From the NCBI GenBank assembly GCA_047602405.1, contig JASGHJ010000002.1, positions 512,001 to 576,000 on the forward strand: a DNA stretch of 64,000 nt. The letters are read 5' to 3'. Positions 19,480 through 29,763 of this stretch are shown piece after piece. Made by a program: the position numbers and the translations under genes. The first letter of the stretch is position 1, and every line of letters starts with the position of its first letter. The notes under the pieces are model-generated. The model searched no databases and had not been told where the DNA came from. It saw nothing but the letters and a program-made list of their open reading frames with translations. This DNA is from Anaeromyxobacteraceae bacterium (lineage in GTDB: Bacteria > Myxococcota > Myxococcia > Myxococcales > Anaeromyxobacteraceae).

Positions 19480-21387
19480 ATGGCCCAGCGCCGCATCGGG
19501 GACGTGCTCGTCTCGCGCCGCGTGGTCTCCGGCGCCATGGTGACGGCCGCCCTCGGGGAGGCCAAGCGCAAGAACGAGAAGCTCTGCTCGGTCCTGCTCC
19601 GGCACGGCGTCGAGGAGGGGCGGCTCGCGGGCGCGCTCGCCGAGCTGTTCGGCACGCCCGGCGTCGACCTCTCGCGCTCGGTGATCCCGCTCGACGTGCT
19701 GGCGCTCGTCCCGGCGGAGGTCGCCCGCGCCGACCTCGTCCTTCCGCTCTCCCGGGAGGGCGGCCGCCTCCACCTCGCCGTCGCGAGCCCCGAGAGCGCC
19801 ACCGCCCAGGTGGACGAGGTGCGCGTCTCGAGCGGCCTCGAGGTCTCGGTCTACGTCGCCGTCCACGCCTCCCTGAAGGACGTGATCGAGCAGGCCTACA
19901 CCGCCTCCACCCGCGGGCACCTCGTGTGGCGTGGGAAGGGCGCCAGCGCGTCGGGCCCGTGGGTCGAGCGCGTGCAGGCCGTCGCCTTCGCGCGGCCGCC
20001 GCAGCCGGCCCCTGCCACCCGCGCGGCGATGCCGCCCCCGCCGCCCGGCAGCCAGGCGACGCTCGGACGGCTCAAGCTCGACAGGGGACCCACAAACACG
20101 CAGCCCGCCGTGCAGGCCGCGCCCGTCCCGCGCCCGCCGCCCGCCCCCGCGCGCGCGACCGCGCCCGCGATCGTCCCGCCGCCGCCCGCCGCCCTCGTCC
20201 CGCCTCCCCCGCCGGCGCTCACGCCGCCCCCGCTGCCGCAGGCGCGGGCCCAGGCCGCCCCGGCGCCCGCGCCGGACCCGGTCGAGATCCTCCACGGCGT
20301 GCCCGCGCTCGACCTCGACGCGCTCGGCGGCGTGGAGGTCGAGCCCATCGAGGTGGAGACCGACGCGGTCGTGGTCGCCGCCCCCCAGGTGCCGGTCACC
20401 GAGCGCGAGATCGTCGTCTCCGGGGACGAGCCGGCGGCGGCGCCCGCCTCGCCGGCGCTCGACCTCGACGCCGAGGACGTCGTCGTGCTGGGCGACGAGC
20501 CCGCCCCGGCGCTGCCCCCCGCGGCCGAGCGCGCCGCCGCCGCCGCGGAGCCGCCGGCGCTCGACGTCGAGATGCTGGCGCTCACGCCGCCGCCGCGCCC
20601 GGGCGGGAAGCGGATCGTGCTCGTCGTGGACGACGAGCCCGAGGTCGCGCTCCTCGCGAAGAGGACCCTCGAGCACGCGGGCCACGCGGTCGCGACGGTC
20701 GGTGACGGCGAGGCCGCCCTCTCCGAGTCGGCGCGCCTGCAGCCGGATCTCGTGCTCCTCGACGCGATGCTCCCGAAGCTGCACGGCTTCGAGGTCTGCA
20801 TGCGCCTGCGGGCCGACCCGCGCACCTCGCGCATCCCGGTCGTCATCATGACCGCCGTGTACCGGGGCTGGCGGTTCGCCGACGACGCCCGCGAGGCCTA
20901 CGGCGCCGAGGACTACATCGAGAAGCCCTTCTCGCTCGACGACCTGCGGCGGCGCGTCGACGCGGCCCTCGACCGCGGCCGCCCCCGCCGCAAGCCGCCG
21001 CCGGGCTTCGCCGACGCCTACCGCCGCGGCCGCGAGGCCTTCCGCGCCGGCGACCACGCCGCCGCCGCGAAGGCCTTCGAGGAGGCGCTCGCGATCGACG
21101 CGTTCTCGCCGGAGGCGCACGCCGCGCTGGGCGTCACGCTGCGCGCGACGGGCGACCGCTTCCGCGCCATGACGATGCTCGAGCGCGCCGTGGAGCTCCG
21201 CCCCCAGGACCTCACCTCCCTGCAGGCGCTCGCGAACGTCTACGACCGCAACGGCTTCTTCCGCAAGGCCATCGAGGCCCTGGAGCGCGCCCTCGCCGCC
21301 GCGAAGGACGACGACGTGCGCGAGGCGCTCCGGAGCGACCTCATGGGCCGCCTCGACCTCGACGGCGCCACGTTCGCGGGGAACTAG
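19480..21387 (+). CDS. GspE-N/MshEN-like domain, Pro-rich linker, receiver domain and TPR protein
   Basis: RRIGDVLV...ALAELFGTPGVDL N-terminus; VLVVDDE...LVLLDAMLPKLHG...YIEKP receiver; C-terminal TPR helices. Confidence 0.85.
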   Translation: MAQRRIGDVLVSRRVVSGAMVTAALGEAKRKNEKLCSVLLRHGVEEGRLAGALAELFGTPGVDLSRSVIPLDVLALVPAEVARADLVLPLSREGGRLHLAVASPESATAQVDEVRVSSGLEVSVYVAVHASLKDVIEQAYTASTRGHLVWRGKGASASGPWVERVQAVAFARPPQPAPATRAAMPPPPPGSQATLGRLKLDRGPTNTQPAVQAAPVPRPPPAPARATAPAIVPPPPAALVPPPPPALTPPPLPQARAQAAPAPAPDPVEILHGVPALDLDALGGVEVEPIEVETDAVVVAAPQVPVTEREIVVSGDEPAAAPASPALDLDAEDVVVLGDEPAPALPPAAERAAAAAEPPALDVEMLALTPPPRPGGKRIVLVVDDEPEVALLAKRTLEHAGHAVATVGDGEAALSESARLQPDLVLLDAMLPKLHGFEVCMRLRADPRTSRIPVVIMTAVYRGWRFADDAREAYGAEDYIEKPFSLDDLRRRVDAALDRGRPRRKPPPGFADAYRRGREAFRAGDHAAAAKAFEEALAIDAFSPEAHAALGVTLRATGDRFRAMTMLERAVELRPQDLTSLQALANVYDRNGFFRKAIEALERALAAAKDDDVREALRSDLMGRLDLDGATFAGN

Positions 21388-23681
21388 AAGGAGAACTGGG
21401 CCCCGAGCGCCGGGGTGACCGCCCAGTTCGCGCTCGGGCGGTGCCTCGTGCGCGGGTGGAGCTCGTAGCCGAGCTGGGCCCGGATGCGCTCGAGGACCGT
21501 GAACGCCAGGGCCGCCTGGACCACGGGCCCCGAGCAGGCGGCGATGCGGCCCGGATCGAGGCAGGGCTTCTGGCCGCCCTCGTCGGCGGCGGTGAGGAGC
21601 CAGCCGCCGCGCAGGAGGAGGGCGGTCTGGGTGCGGTAGTCGGCCAGGAAGCCCGGCTGGATCTCGAGGCCGGCCAGGGCCGAGAAGGCCGGGCGCACCG
21701 GATCGCTCGAGATGAGCTGGGTGACCTTGTCGATCTGGAAGGCCGCGTGGAGGCGGGCGTGGGTGCGGCGCTTCGAGGGGAGCTCGCGGGCGTAGCCGAG
21801 CTCGAGGTCGCGCCCGAGCAGGCCCCAGGCCGTGTGGCGCGGCGGGACCCACGCGACCGCGTTGAGCGCGAGGGTGGACGCGAGCGAGAACGCGGCGCGC
21901 TCGGCCGCGGGCTGGTCGGAGGCGAGCCGCGCGACGACGTCGCCGACCCTGCGGCGGAAGGCGGCCATCGCCTCGTCGGCCTGGTCGCGCGCCAGCCCGA
22001 GATCGCGGAAGAAGAAGCGGTGCGCGGACAGGAGGCGGAGCGCGTGCCCGGCCTCGCCCTCGCCCACGCGCTCCTGCCACTCGAGGCCGTCCGGCCAGTG
22101 GACGCCGTTCACGGCCGGCGGGGGGACGCCGCCCATCGCGGCGCGGCAGTGGTCGTGGCGCACGCCCACCGCCTCGGCCGCGGTGCGCTTCGCGCAGTCG
22201 GAGTAGAGCCGGTCGAGGGAGACCTGCAGGAGGATGCGGAAGTCCTCGAGCGACGGCTCCTCGCAGGCCGGGGCGAGCTCGGGGTCGTGCTCGACCGCCG
22301 CCCGCATGCACGCGAGCGGGCGCCAGCCGCCGATCACCTTCGCCTCGCCGCGCTCGCCCTCCCAGGGCAGCTCCGGGAAGTGGAGCGGGGGCGCGTCCTC
22401 GCCCCGGCGCCGCGCGTCGCCGACCACGTCCTCGAGCATCCGCCGGGCGTCGTACATGCCGAGGTAGAAGTCGAAGACGCGGAACTGCGTCTCGACGAAG
22501 CCCAGGAACGCCGAGAGCGGCCGGCTGGCGGTGGGGAAGTGGCGGCGGGGGACGAGGGTGCGCCCGCCGATCTCCGGGTGCTCCTCCACGAGGGTGAGGA
22601 GCTCCTTGCCGCGGGAGGTGGAGATGAAGCCGTCGAGGATCCGCCCGAGCAGCGGGGTGAGCGAGGCGGGCGGGCCCTCGGAGGCGACCGGCCGCTCGCC
22701 GGGCCAGGCCGGCACCTCCGGCGAGACGTAGACGAACAGCACGTCGTCCGGCAGCGCGAAGCGCGAGAAGTCCGGGTGCGGCGCCCAGCGGCGGCCGCTG
22801 CCCTCGGGCACGAGCCCCGCGCCGGCGAGGCGTGCGGCGAGGCGCAGGGGCGCGTTGTCGAGGATGCCGCCGTCGACGAAGAGATCCGAGCGCGCCCGCG
22901 CGGCGGTGCAGGGGCCGGCGTCCGCGCCGGCCGGGTCGTAGACGCAGTGGGCGAGCGGCTGCGGCTGGAAGGCGACGGGGAACGCCGCGGAGGCGAGCAG
23001 CAGCTCGCGCAGCGAGCGGAACGGGACCTCGCCGTCGGGGAGCTCCGGCAGCAGGAGCTGGGCCACCGGGAAGTCCGGGTCCACGTAGTTCCGGATGCTG
23101 GGCGCCGTCCCGGGGCCGCGGCCCCGGATGCGCACCACGAACTTCTCCTCGATGCGCGGGACGGTGATGAGGCCCCCCGCCGACCGCACCTCGCGCGGCG
23201 TGACCCGGGTGACCGAGACGCCGAGCACGACGTCGCAGCCGGAGTCGAGCCCGAGGGCGAACGCCGCCTCGATGGCGTCCGCGGAGCGCTCGAGCGCCCC
23301 GCGCGAGAACGCCGCGAGCGCGCCCGGGCTCCCGGCGGTGAGGCCGTTCAGGCCGAGCGGGATCCACGACTGCCAGAAGAGCCCGTCGGCGGGCCGGGTG
23401 CCCTCGACCCCGCAGGCGGTGATGACCGAGATGAGCCCGTTCACCGCGCCCGCCGAGGCGCCGGTGATTGCGCGCACGCGGGCGAAGCCCGGGTTGGCGC
23501 GCGTGACGAGGAGGCCGTAGTGGAGGACGCCCGCCTCGTAGGCGCCGAGCGAGACGCCGCCGGCGATCGCGAACACGAGGCTCGCGCCCTCGGCGTGCCG
23601 GCGGGCCGGGGCGGGCGGATCGGCGCGGGCCGCGCCCGGGGCGAGCGCCGCGGCGAGGACGAGCGCCGCCGCGCGCCGCAT
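21384..23681 (-). CDS. Exported patatin-like phospholipase with probable C-terminal outer-membrane beta domain
   Basis: Signal peptide; GGVSLGAYEAG, GASAG (GxSxG), DGG; ends in GAQFSF. ATG overlaps the GGDEF gene stop (TGATG). Confidence 0.85.
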   Translation of the reverse strand: MRRAAALVLAAALAPGAARADPPAPARRHAEGASLVFAIAGGVSLGAYEAGVLHYGLLVTRANPGFARVRAITGASAGAVNGLISVITACGVEGTRPADGLFWQSWIPLGLNGLTAGSPGALAAFSRGALERSADAIEAAFALGLDSGCDVVLGVSVTRVTPREVRSAGGLITVPRIEEKFVVRIRGRGPGTAPSIRNYVDPDFPVAQLLLPELPDGEVPFRSLRELLLASAAFPVAFQPQPLAHCVYDPAGADAGPCTAARARSDLFVDGGILDNAPLRLAARLAGAGLVPEGSGRRWAPHPDFSRFALPDDVLFVYVSPEVPAWPGERPVASEGPPASLTPLLGRILDGFISTSRGKELLTLVEEHPEIGGRTLVPRRHFPTASRPLSAFLGFVETQFRVFDFYLGMYDARRMLEDVVGDARRRGEDAPPLHFPELPWEGERGEAKVIGGWRPLACMRAAVEHDPELAPACEEPSLEDFRILLQVSLDRLYSDCAKRTAAEAVGVRHDHCRAAMGGVPPPAVNGVHWPDGLEWQERVGEGEAGHALRLLSAHRFFFRDLGLARDQADEAMAAFRRRVGDVVARLASDQPAAERAAFSLASTLALNAVAWVPPRHTAWGLLGRDLELGYARELPSKRRTHARLHAAFQIDKVTQLISSDPVRPAFSALAGLEIQPGFLADYRTQTALLLRGGWLLTAADEGGQKPCLDPGRIAACSGPVVQAALAFTVLERIRAQLGYELHPRTRHRPSANWAVTPALGAQFSF

Positions 23682-24790
23682 CAGCGGACCTTGCCCCGCG
23701 GCGCGCGGGGGGCGGCGGCCTTCCGGGGCGCCCGGGCCGGCGCGGGGACCCCCGCCGCGACGTCGCCCGACGCCACGACCCGGTTCCGCCCGGTGCGCTT
23801 CGCCTCGTAGAGGGCCGCGTCGGCGCGGTCGAGCACGGCGTCGACGCTCTCGCCGCTGCGCCAGGCGACGACGCCGGCCGAGACCGTGATGCGCACCGGC
23901 TCCCCGCGGGCCTCGAACCGGAGCCCCTCGACCGAGGCGCGGATGCGCTCGAGCGCGCCCCGCGCGGTGGCGAGGGGCGTCTCGGGCAGCATGACCACGA
24001 ACTCCTCGCCGCCGTGGCGCGCGAGGCGGTCGGTGGCCCGCAGCGACCGGCGGATGGCCCCGGCGACCGCCTTGAGCGCGTCGTCGCCCACCGCGTGGCC
24101 GAAGCGGTCGTTCACCAGCTTGAAGTGGTCGAGGTCGAGCATCGCGAAGCAGAGGGGGCGCCAGTAGCGCTCGGCGCGGCGCACCTCCTCCTCGGCGAGC
24201 TCGTAGAGCTGGCGCCGGTTGAGGGCGCCGGTGAGCGGGTCGGTGGTGGCGAGCTCGCGCAGCCGCTCCTCGGTGCGCTTCTGCTCGGTGACGTCGGCGA
24301 TCCCGAGCATCCAGCGCGTGCCGCCGTCCTGGTCGAGCGCGCGTGCGTCGAGGAGCGCCCAGAACAGCCGGCCGGTGGCGGTCTCCACCTGCGCGATGAC
24401 GCCGTCGACGGCGGCCTCGCGGCGGAGCCGGTCGAAGAAGCTCTCCACGCCGATCGCCATGTGGATGGCGGGCGCGGTGCGGCCCACGAGCTCACGCTCG
24501 GTGGACTCGAGGATCTGCGCGGCGCGCTGGTTCGCGAGCAGGACGCGGCGGTCGGCGGGGTCGATGAGGAGCAGGGCGACCGGGGCGGCGTCGAGCAGGC
24601 GGCGGAGGTTCTCCTCGCCCGCCTCGAGCCGCCGGGTGCGCTCCTCGACCAGCCCGGCGACGTCGTTGAAGGTGCGCGCGACGAGGTCGGCGTCGGGATC
24701 GGTCCCACCCCGCGGCAGGCGGTGGGAGAGCTCGCCACGTGCGAGCCGCATCAGCCCCTCTGCGAGCTCTGCGGGGATCCTCGAGGACAT
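23681..24790 (-). CDS. Diguanylate cyclase (HAMP-like, PAS, GGDEF)
   Basis: TDPLTGALNRR, DLDHFKLVNDRFGHAVGD, RATD I-site, RHGGEEF, ADAALYEAK. Confidence 0.93.
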   Translation of the reverse strand: MSSRIPAELAEGLMRLARGELSHRLPRGGTDPDADLVARTFNDVAGLVEERTRRLEAGEENLRRLLDAAPVALLLIDPADRRVLLANQRAAQILESTERELVGRTAPAIHMAIGVESFFDRLRREAAVDGVIAQVETATGRLFWALLDARALDQDGGTRWMLGIADVTEQKRTEERLRELATTDPLTGALNRRQLYELAEEEVRRAERYWRPLCFAMLDLDHFKLVNDRFGHAVGDDALKAVAGAIRRSLRATDRLARHGGEEFVVMLPETPLATARGALERIRASVEGLRFEARGEPVRITVSAGVVAWRSGESVDAVLDRADAALYEAKRTGRNRVVASGDVAAGVPAPARAPRKAAAPRAPRGKVR

Positions 24791-24935
24791 CGCGCGTGGG
24801 TGAACCGTACCACGCCCGCCCCGCGCCGGCCCGCGCCCGGGTCGCGGCGGGCGTCCCGCGAAGGCGGGGGTGCGCGCCCGTGGCGCCGGGCAGGGCGTTC
24901 GATCCATCATCCGGAGCGGGGGGAGGGAGCACCTC

Positions 24936-25289
24936 ATGGGAACGCCTACACCGGCCGAGCGCCGGCACTACCGGCGCGTGCGCGCGCCCATCCTCGTGCG
25001 GCCCGCCGGGCGCGTGGCCTCGGGCAAGCTGCTCCGCCCGGTGGGCGACATCGGCCGCGGCGGCGTGCGCGCGTACGCGGACGAGGACCAGCCCGTCGGG
25101 ACGCGCGTGGAGATCGAGCTGCTCTTCCCGGGCGGCGCGCCCGCGCACGTGGTCGCCGAGGTGGCCTGGGTGCAGCGCCTGCCGCCGGGTGCGCCCGCGC
25201 GCTTCGAGGTCGGCATGCGCTTCCTCCAGATCCACGCGGACGACGTCGCGCGGATCGACGCGGCGTCGGAGCTCGTGAACGACGGGTAG
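24936..25289 (+). CDS. Stand-alone PilZ domain protein
   Basis: GGAGGGAG RBS; ERRHYRR (RxxxR), DIGRGG, AEVAWV, GMRF. Confidence 0.85.
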   Translation: MGTPTPAERRHYRRVRAPILVRPAGRVASGKLLRPVGDIGRGGVRAYADEDQPVGTRVEIELLFPGGAPAHVVAEVAWVQRLPPGAPARFEVGMRFLQIHADDVARIDAASELVNDG

Positions 25290-25373
25290 CAGGGGGCCGT
25301 CCGGCCGGCGGTTCCCGATCGACAGGCGCGGCGGCGCGTGGTTTCTTCGCGGTCTCTCGACAGGAGCGCCCGC

Positions 25374-27005
25374 ATGCCCACGCCCGCCTTCCACTACCAG
25401 GACCCGTTCCCCGTCGCGAAGGACGCGACCCGCTACCGGCACCTCGGCAAGGACGGGGTGCGCACGGCCACCTTCGAGGGGAAGGACGTCGTGGTCGTGG
25501 AGCCGGTGGTGCTCGAGCGGCTCGCCCGGGCCGCGCTCCACGACGTGTCGTTCTTCCTGCGCCCCGAGCACAACGAGCTGGTCGCGAAGATCCTGGGCGA
25601 CCCGGCCGCCTCGCCCAACGACAAGGGCGTCGCGCTCGCCTTCCTGCGCAACGCCGAGATCGCCGCCCGCGGCGAGCTGCCCATCTGCCAGGACACCGGC
25701 ACCGCCACCATCGTCGCGAAGAAGGGCCAGCAGGTCTGGACCGGCGCCGACGACGCGGAGTGGCTGTCGCGCGGCGTCTACGCGACCTACACCGAGGACA
25801 ACCTGCGCTACTCGCAGACCGTCGCCCTCGACATGTACCGGGAGGTCAACACCGGCACGAACCTGCCGGCGCAGATCGACATCCTCGCGACCCCGGGCAA
25901 GAAGTACGACTTCCTCTTCGTCGCGAAGGGCGGCGGCTCCGCCAACAAGAGCCTGCTCTTCCAGGAGACGAAGGCGCTCCTCAACCCCGAGCGGCTCGAG
26001 AAGTTCCTCGGCGACAAGTTCCGCCACCTCGGGACCGCCGCCTGCCCGCCGTACCACCTCGCGGTGGTCATCGGCGGCACCTCGGCCGAGCAGACCATGA
26101 AGACGGTGAAGCTCGCGTCGGCGAAGTGGCTCGACGGCCTGCCCACCGAGGGCAACGCGCACGGCCAGGCGTTCCGCGACGTCGCCCTGGAGGCGAAGCT
26201 CCTCGAGCTCGCGCACGGGCTCGGCATCGGCGCCCAGTTCGGCGGCAAGTACTTCGCCCACGACGTGCGGGTCATCCGGCTGCCGCGCCACGGCGCCTCC
26301 TGCCCGGTGGGCATCGGCCTCTCCTGCTCGGCCGATCGCAACGTCCGCGCCCGCATCGACGCCGACGGCGTGTGGCTCGAGGAGCTCGACCGCGACCCCG
26401 GCCGCCTCCTCCCGGTCCAGCTCCGCGGCCCCGGCGCGAAGAAGCACGAGCACGGCGTGAAGATCGACCTCGGCCGCCCGATGAAGGAGATCCAGGCCGA
26501 GCTCTCGAAGCACCCGGTCTCGACGCCGCTCCTGCTCTCCGGCACGCTCGTCGTGGCCCGCGACATCGCCCACGCGAAGTTCAAGGAGCGCCTCGACGCC
26601 GGCGAGGGCGTGCCCCAGTACCTGAAGGACCACCCGGTCTACTACGCGGGCCCGGCGAAGACGCCGAAGGGCAAGCCCTCCGGCTCGTTCGGCCCGACCA
26701 CCGCCGGCCGGATGGACTCGTACGTCGACCTCCTCCAGGCCCACGGCGCCTCCCTCGTCATGATCGCGAAGGGCAACCGCTCGAAGCAGGTCACCGACGC
26801 GTGCAGGAAGCACGGCGGCTTCTACCTCGGCTCGATCGGCGGCCCCGCCGCGGTGCTCGCCGAGGAGAACATCAAGAAGGTGGAGTGCATCGACTACGCC
26901 GAGCTCGGCATGGAGGCGGTCTGGAGGATCGAGGTCGAGGACTTCCCCGCCTTCATCCTCGTGGACGACAAGGGCAACGACTTCTTCGAGCGGCTGGGGT
27001 GCTGA
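25374..27005 (+). CDS. Class I (Fe-S) fumarate hydratase
   Basis: [47 protein letters not shown]. Confidence 0.97.
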   Translation: MPTPAFHYQDPFPVAKDATRYRHLGKDGVRTATFEGKDVVVVEPVVLERLARAALHDVSFFLRPEHNELVAKILGDPAASPNDKGVALAFLRNAEIAARGELPICQDTGTATIVAKKGQQVWTGADDAEWLSRGVYATYTEDNLRYSQTVALDMYREVNTGTNLPAQIDILATPGKKYDFLFVAKGGGSANKSLLFQETKALLNPERLEKFLGDKFRHLGTAACPPYHLAVVIGGTSAEQTMKTVKLASAKWLDGLPTEGNAHGQAFRDVALEAKLLELAHGLGIGAQFGGKYFAHDVRVIRLPRHGASCPVGIGLSCSADRNVRARIDADGVWLEELDRDPGRLLPVQLRGPGAKKHEHGVKIDLGRPMKEIQAELSKHPVSTPLLLSGTLVVARDIAHAKFKERLDAGEGVPQYLKDHPVYYAGPAKTPKGKPSGSFGPTTAGRMDSYVDLLQAHGASLVMIAKGNRSKQVTDACRKHGGFYLGSIGGPAAVLAEENIKKVECIDYAELGMEAVWRIEVEDFPAFILVDDKGNDFFERLGC

Positions 27006-27025
27006 GCCCGCGTTAGGAGCCCGGG

Positions 27026-27442
27026 ATGGCCCGCTACTCGACCCCCATCCCGGCCCTCGCGCTGGGGTTCATGAACGACGATCACGCCGAGGAGCTCCAG
27101 CTCCTCGAGGCCGCGGCCCTGGCGGCCGCGGCGACCCCGCCGCTCGACCGCGCCGCCGTCATGGCGCGCCTCGGCGCGCTCGCCGCGCACACGCAGGCGC
27201 ACTTCGAGCGCGAGGAGGCCGTCATGCGCGAGGTGGGCTTCCCTCCGTACCCGGTGCACAAGGCCGAGCACGACCGCGTGCTCGCCGAGTTCGGCGGCGA
27301 GGTCGCGGCGTACGAGGCGGGCGGCGACGCCGCGCGGCTCCTCGCCTACCTCGACGCGGTGGTCTCGGGCTGGTTCCCGTCGCACATGGCCTCGATGGAC
27401 ACCATCACGGCGCAGTTCGCCGCGATGCGGGGGAAGCGGTGA
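27026..27442 (+). CDS. Bacteriohemerythrin
   Basis: DDH, HFERE, HKAEH, HMASMD di-iron ligands. Confidence 0.9.
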   Translation: MARYSTPIPALALGFMNDDHAEELQLLEAAALAAAATPPLDRAAVMARLGALAAHTQAHFEREEAVMREVGFPPYPVHKAEHDRVLAEFGGEVAAYEAGGDAARLLAYLDAVVSGWFPSHMASMDTITAQFAAMRGKR

Positions 27443-28746
27443 GCGCCGCCGCCGCGCTCCTCGCCGTCGCCCTCGTCGCGCCGTCCTTCCCGCCCGTCCG
27501 CACCGCCGCCGAGCAGGGCGCGCTGCGCGACCGCGTCGTGCGCGCGCGGGCCGACCGGCTCGTCGGCCCGGCCATGAAGGCGAACGGGATCGGGATTTGG
27601 ATCACGCTCACCCGCGAGGACGCGCCCGATCCGCTGCTCCGGCTCCTCACGCCCGACGGCACCTACCCGGGCGGCCGGAACGCCTACGTCTTCCTCGAGG
27701 AGGGCAAGGCGCGCGCGACCCGCGTCGCCGTCGGCAGCCACCAGCCGCCCGAGGCGGCCGGCTTCTGGGACGAGGCGGTCGAGGCGCGCGGCGACGAGGT
27801 CGGGGCGCGGCTGCGCGCGCTCGCCGAGCGGGTGCCGGGCCCCATCGCGGTGAACCAGGCCGAGGCCACGCCGCTCGCCGACGGCCTCTCCGCCTCCGCG
27901 CGCGCCTGGCTGGAGGGCGTGCTCGGCCCGCACGCCGCGCGCCTCGTCTCCTCGGAGCGCCTCGTCGTGGACGTCCTCGAGCCGCGGCTCCCCGAGGAAC
28001 TCCCGGCGTGGGAGGAGGCGGCCGCGATCACCCGCGCGCTCTGGGAGACGGCGTTCGACCCGCGCGTGCTCGTGCCGGGCAAGACGAGGGTGGGAGACCT
28101 CGTCGCCCTCCTGCGCGAGCGCGCCGCCGCGCAGCGCGTGGACCTCTGGTTCCGGCCGGACTTCCGCGTGCAGCGCCGCGGCCGGCCCTTCGACCCCGGC
28201 ACGCCCACCGGCCTCGAGGTCGTGATCGAGCCCGGCGACCTCGTCCACATCGACGTCGGCGTCGTGTACGCGGGCCTGCTCTCGACCGACTACCAGCGCA
28301 TGGCCTACGTGCCGCGCCCCGGGGAGCGCGCGCCGCCGGCCGGGCTCGCCGCGGCCCTCGCCGGGACGAACCGCCTGCAGGACCTGCTCGCCGCCGAGAT
28401 GCGCCCCGGGCGCACCGGCCCCGAGGTCCACGAGGCCGCGACGAAGGCGGCCGGCGCGGCCGGGCTCGCCGCGCAGATCTACTCGCACTCCATCGGCACG
28501 AGCGGCCACTTCGTGGGCGCGGCGATCGGCAGCTTCCGGCCCGGCCCCGGCGCGAGGCCCTCGCTGCGCGCGACCTTGCCGCTCCGGCTCGGGGCGGGCA
28601 CCGCCATGGAGCTCAACACGAGGGCGGCCGTGCCGGAGTGGGGCGGGCAGGAGGTCTACGCGATGGAGGAAGACACGACCGTGCTCGAGCCGTCCGGCCC
28701 GCGCTTCCTGGTCCCGCGCCAGACGGCGCTCGTGCTCGTGCGCTGA
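27439..28746 (+). CDS. Exported M24 (Xaa-Pro aminopeptidase-like) metallopeptidase
   Basis: Signal peptide; HIDVG..STDYQR, YSHSIG..GH, MELN, MEED metal ligands. Confidence 0.88.
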   Translation: MSAAAALLAVALVAPSFPPVRTAAEQGALRDRVVRARADRLVGPAMKANGIGIWITLTREDAPDPLLRLLTPDGTYPGGRNAYVFLEEGKARATRVAVGSHQPPEAAGFWDEAVEARGDEVGARLRALAERVPGPIAVNQAEATPLADGLSASARAWLEGVLGPHAARLVSSERLVVDVLEPRLPEELPAWEEAAAITRALWETAFDPRVLVPGKTRVGDLVALLRERAAAQRVDLWFRPDFRVQRRGRPFDPGTPTGLEVVIEPGDLVHIDVGVVYAGLLSTDYQRMAYVPRPGERAPPAGLAAALAGTNRLQDLLAAEMRPGRTGPEVHEAATKAAGAAGLAAQIYSHSIGTSGHFVGAAIGSFRPGPGARPSLRATLPLRLGAGTAMELNTRAAVPEWGGQEVYAMEEDTTVLEPSGPRFLVPRQTALVLVR

Positions 28747-28776
28747 CCGCCGCCGCCCGCGGCGGCGGCGGTCAGC
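28742..28776. terminator. Hairpin between convergent genes (probable bidirectional terminator)
   Basis: GCTGACCGCCGCCGCC-cgc-GGCGGCGGCGGTCAGC. Confidence 0.65.
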
Positions 28777-28782
28777 CGGTCC

Positions 28783-29664
28783 TCACCGCGAGGCCGGCAC
28801 GACCAGCACCGGCAGCGTCGAGGTCGCGGCGAGCTCGCTCGCGATGCTCGGCGACACGAGCCGCTCGAGGCCGCCGCGGACGTGCACGCCCACCACGAGG
28901 AACGGCGCCCGGGCCTGCCCGGCGTGCAACACGGCCGCGTCGAAGAGGTCGCCCCGGAGCACGTGGGTGCGCGAGGGGTGGAGCCCGCGCGCGCGGACCC
29001 AGGCGGCGAGGTCCTTCTCGCCCTGCGCGACGAGCACCGCGGTCTCCTCGGCGAGCAGCGCGGCCGGGACGAACTCCGGGCTCGAGGCGGCGAGGTGCGG
29101 CACGACGTGCACGAGGTCGAGCGGCCGCCCGAGCCGCGCGGCGAGCGCGGCCGCGAGGTCGCAGGCGGCCTCGGCGTCCGCGTCGAGGCTGGTCAGGGCG
29201 ACCACGGGCCCCTCGCCGATCGCGCCGCGGCGGAGGTCGGGCGGGACGACGAACGTCGGGCCGGGGGGGTCGCGCAGGAGCCGCCGCGCGACGCGGCCGA
29301 GCCGGACGATCCGGCGCTCGTCGGAGCCGGCGAGGCGGCCGATGATGGCGCCGTCGGCCTTGCGGGAGGCACGCTCGGCGCGCAGCCCCTCGTCGGCGCG
29401 GGTGGCCTGCACCACCTCCAGCTCCACGATCCGGCCCTCGGGATCCTCCTCGTCGAGGACCCGCCGCGCCTGGCCGCGGGCCGCGGCCTCCACCTCCGGG
29501 AGGTGCTGCGTGCGCAGCGCCGCCCGGAGGTGATCCTCCTCGAGCACGTGCACCGCGACGAAGCGCTCGGGTTCCCTGGGCGCGGTCGTGGCGCCGAGCC
29601 AGCTCGCGAACCGCAGCGCGCCCACCGACCGGGGGCGCAGATCGAGGCCGATGATCGACCGCAT
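28783..29664 (-). CDS. Universal stress protein (tandem USP domains)
   Basis: GAGGAGG RBS; IIGLDL, LGRVARRLL..P.PTFVV, LVHVVP, SPSIASELA..STLPVLVVP. Confidence 0.85.
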   Translation of the reverse strand: MRSIIGLDLRPRSVGALRFASWLGATTAPREPERFVAVHVLEEDHLRAALRTQHLPEVEAAARGQARRVLDEEDPEGRIVELEVVQATRADEGLRAERASRKADGAIIGRLAGSDERRIVRLGRVARRLLRDPPGPTFVVPPDLRRGAIGEGPVVALTSLDADAEAACDLAAALAARLGRPLDLVHVVPHLAASSPEFVPAALLAEETAVLVAQGEKDLAAWVRARGLHPSRTHVLRGDLFDAAVLHAGQARAPFLVVGVHVRGGLERLVSPSIASELAATSTLPVLVVPASR

Positions 29665-29763
29665 GGCGGGCCTCCTCGTGAGCCCATGGTCCGCCTCGCA
29701 GGGCCCGGCGTCGAGCCCCCGCGGTGGGGCCGTGCGGGACTGCCGCACCGCGGGAGGTCGTGC

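Noticed and set aside
23681..24790. Hypr-type (cGAMP-making) GGDEF with patatin as a CBASS-like defence system
   Set aside because: The specificity position is Asp (NDRFGHAVGD), as in canonical c-di-GMP cyclases; the patatin has a signal peptide; no CD-NTase is present.
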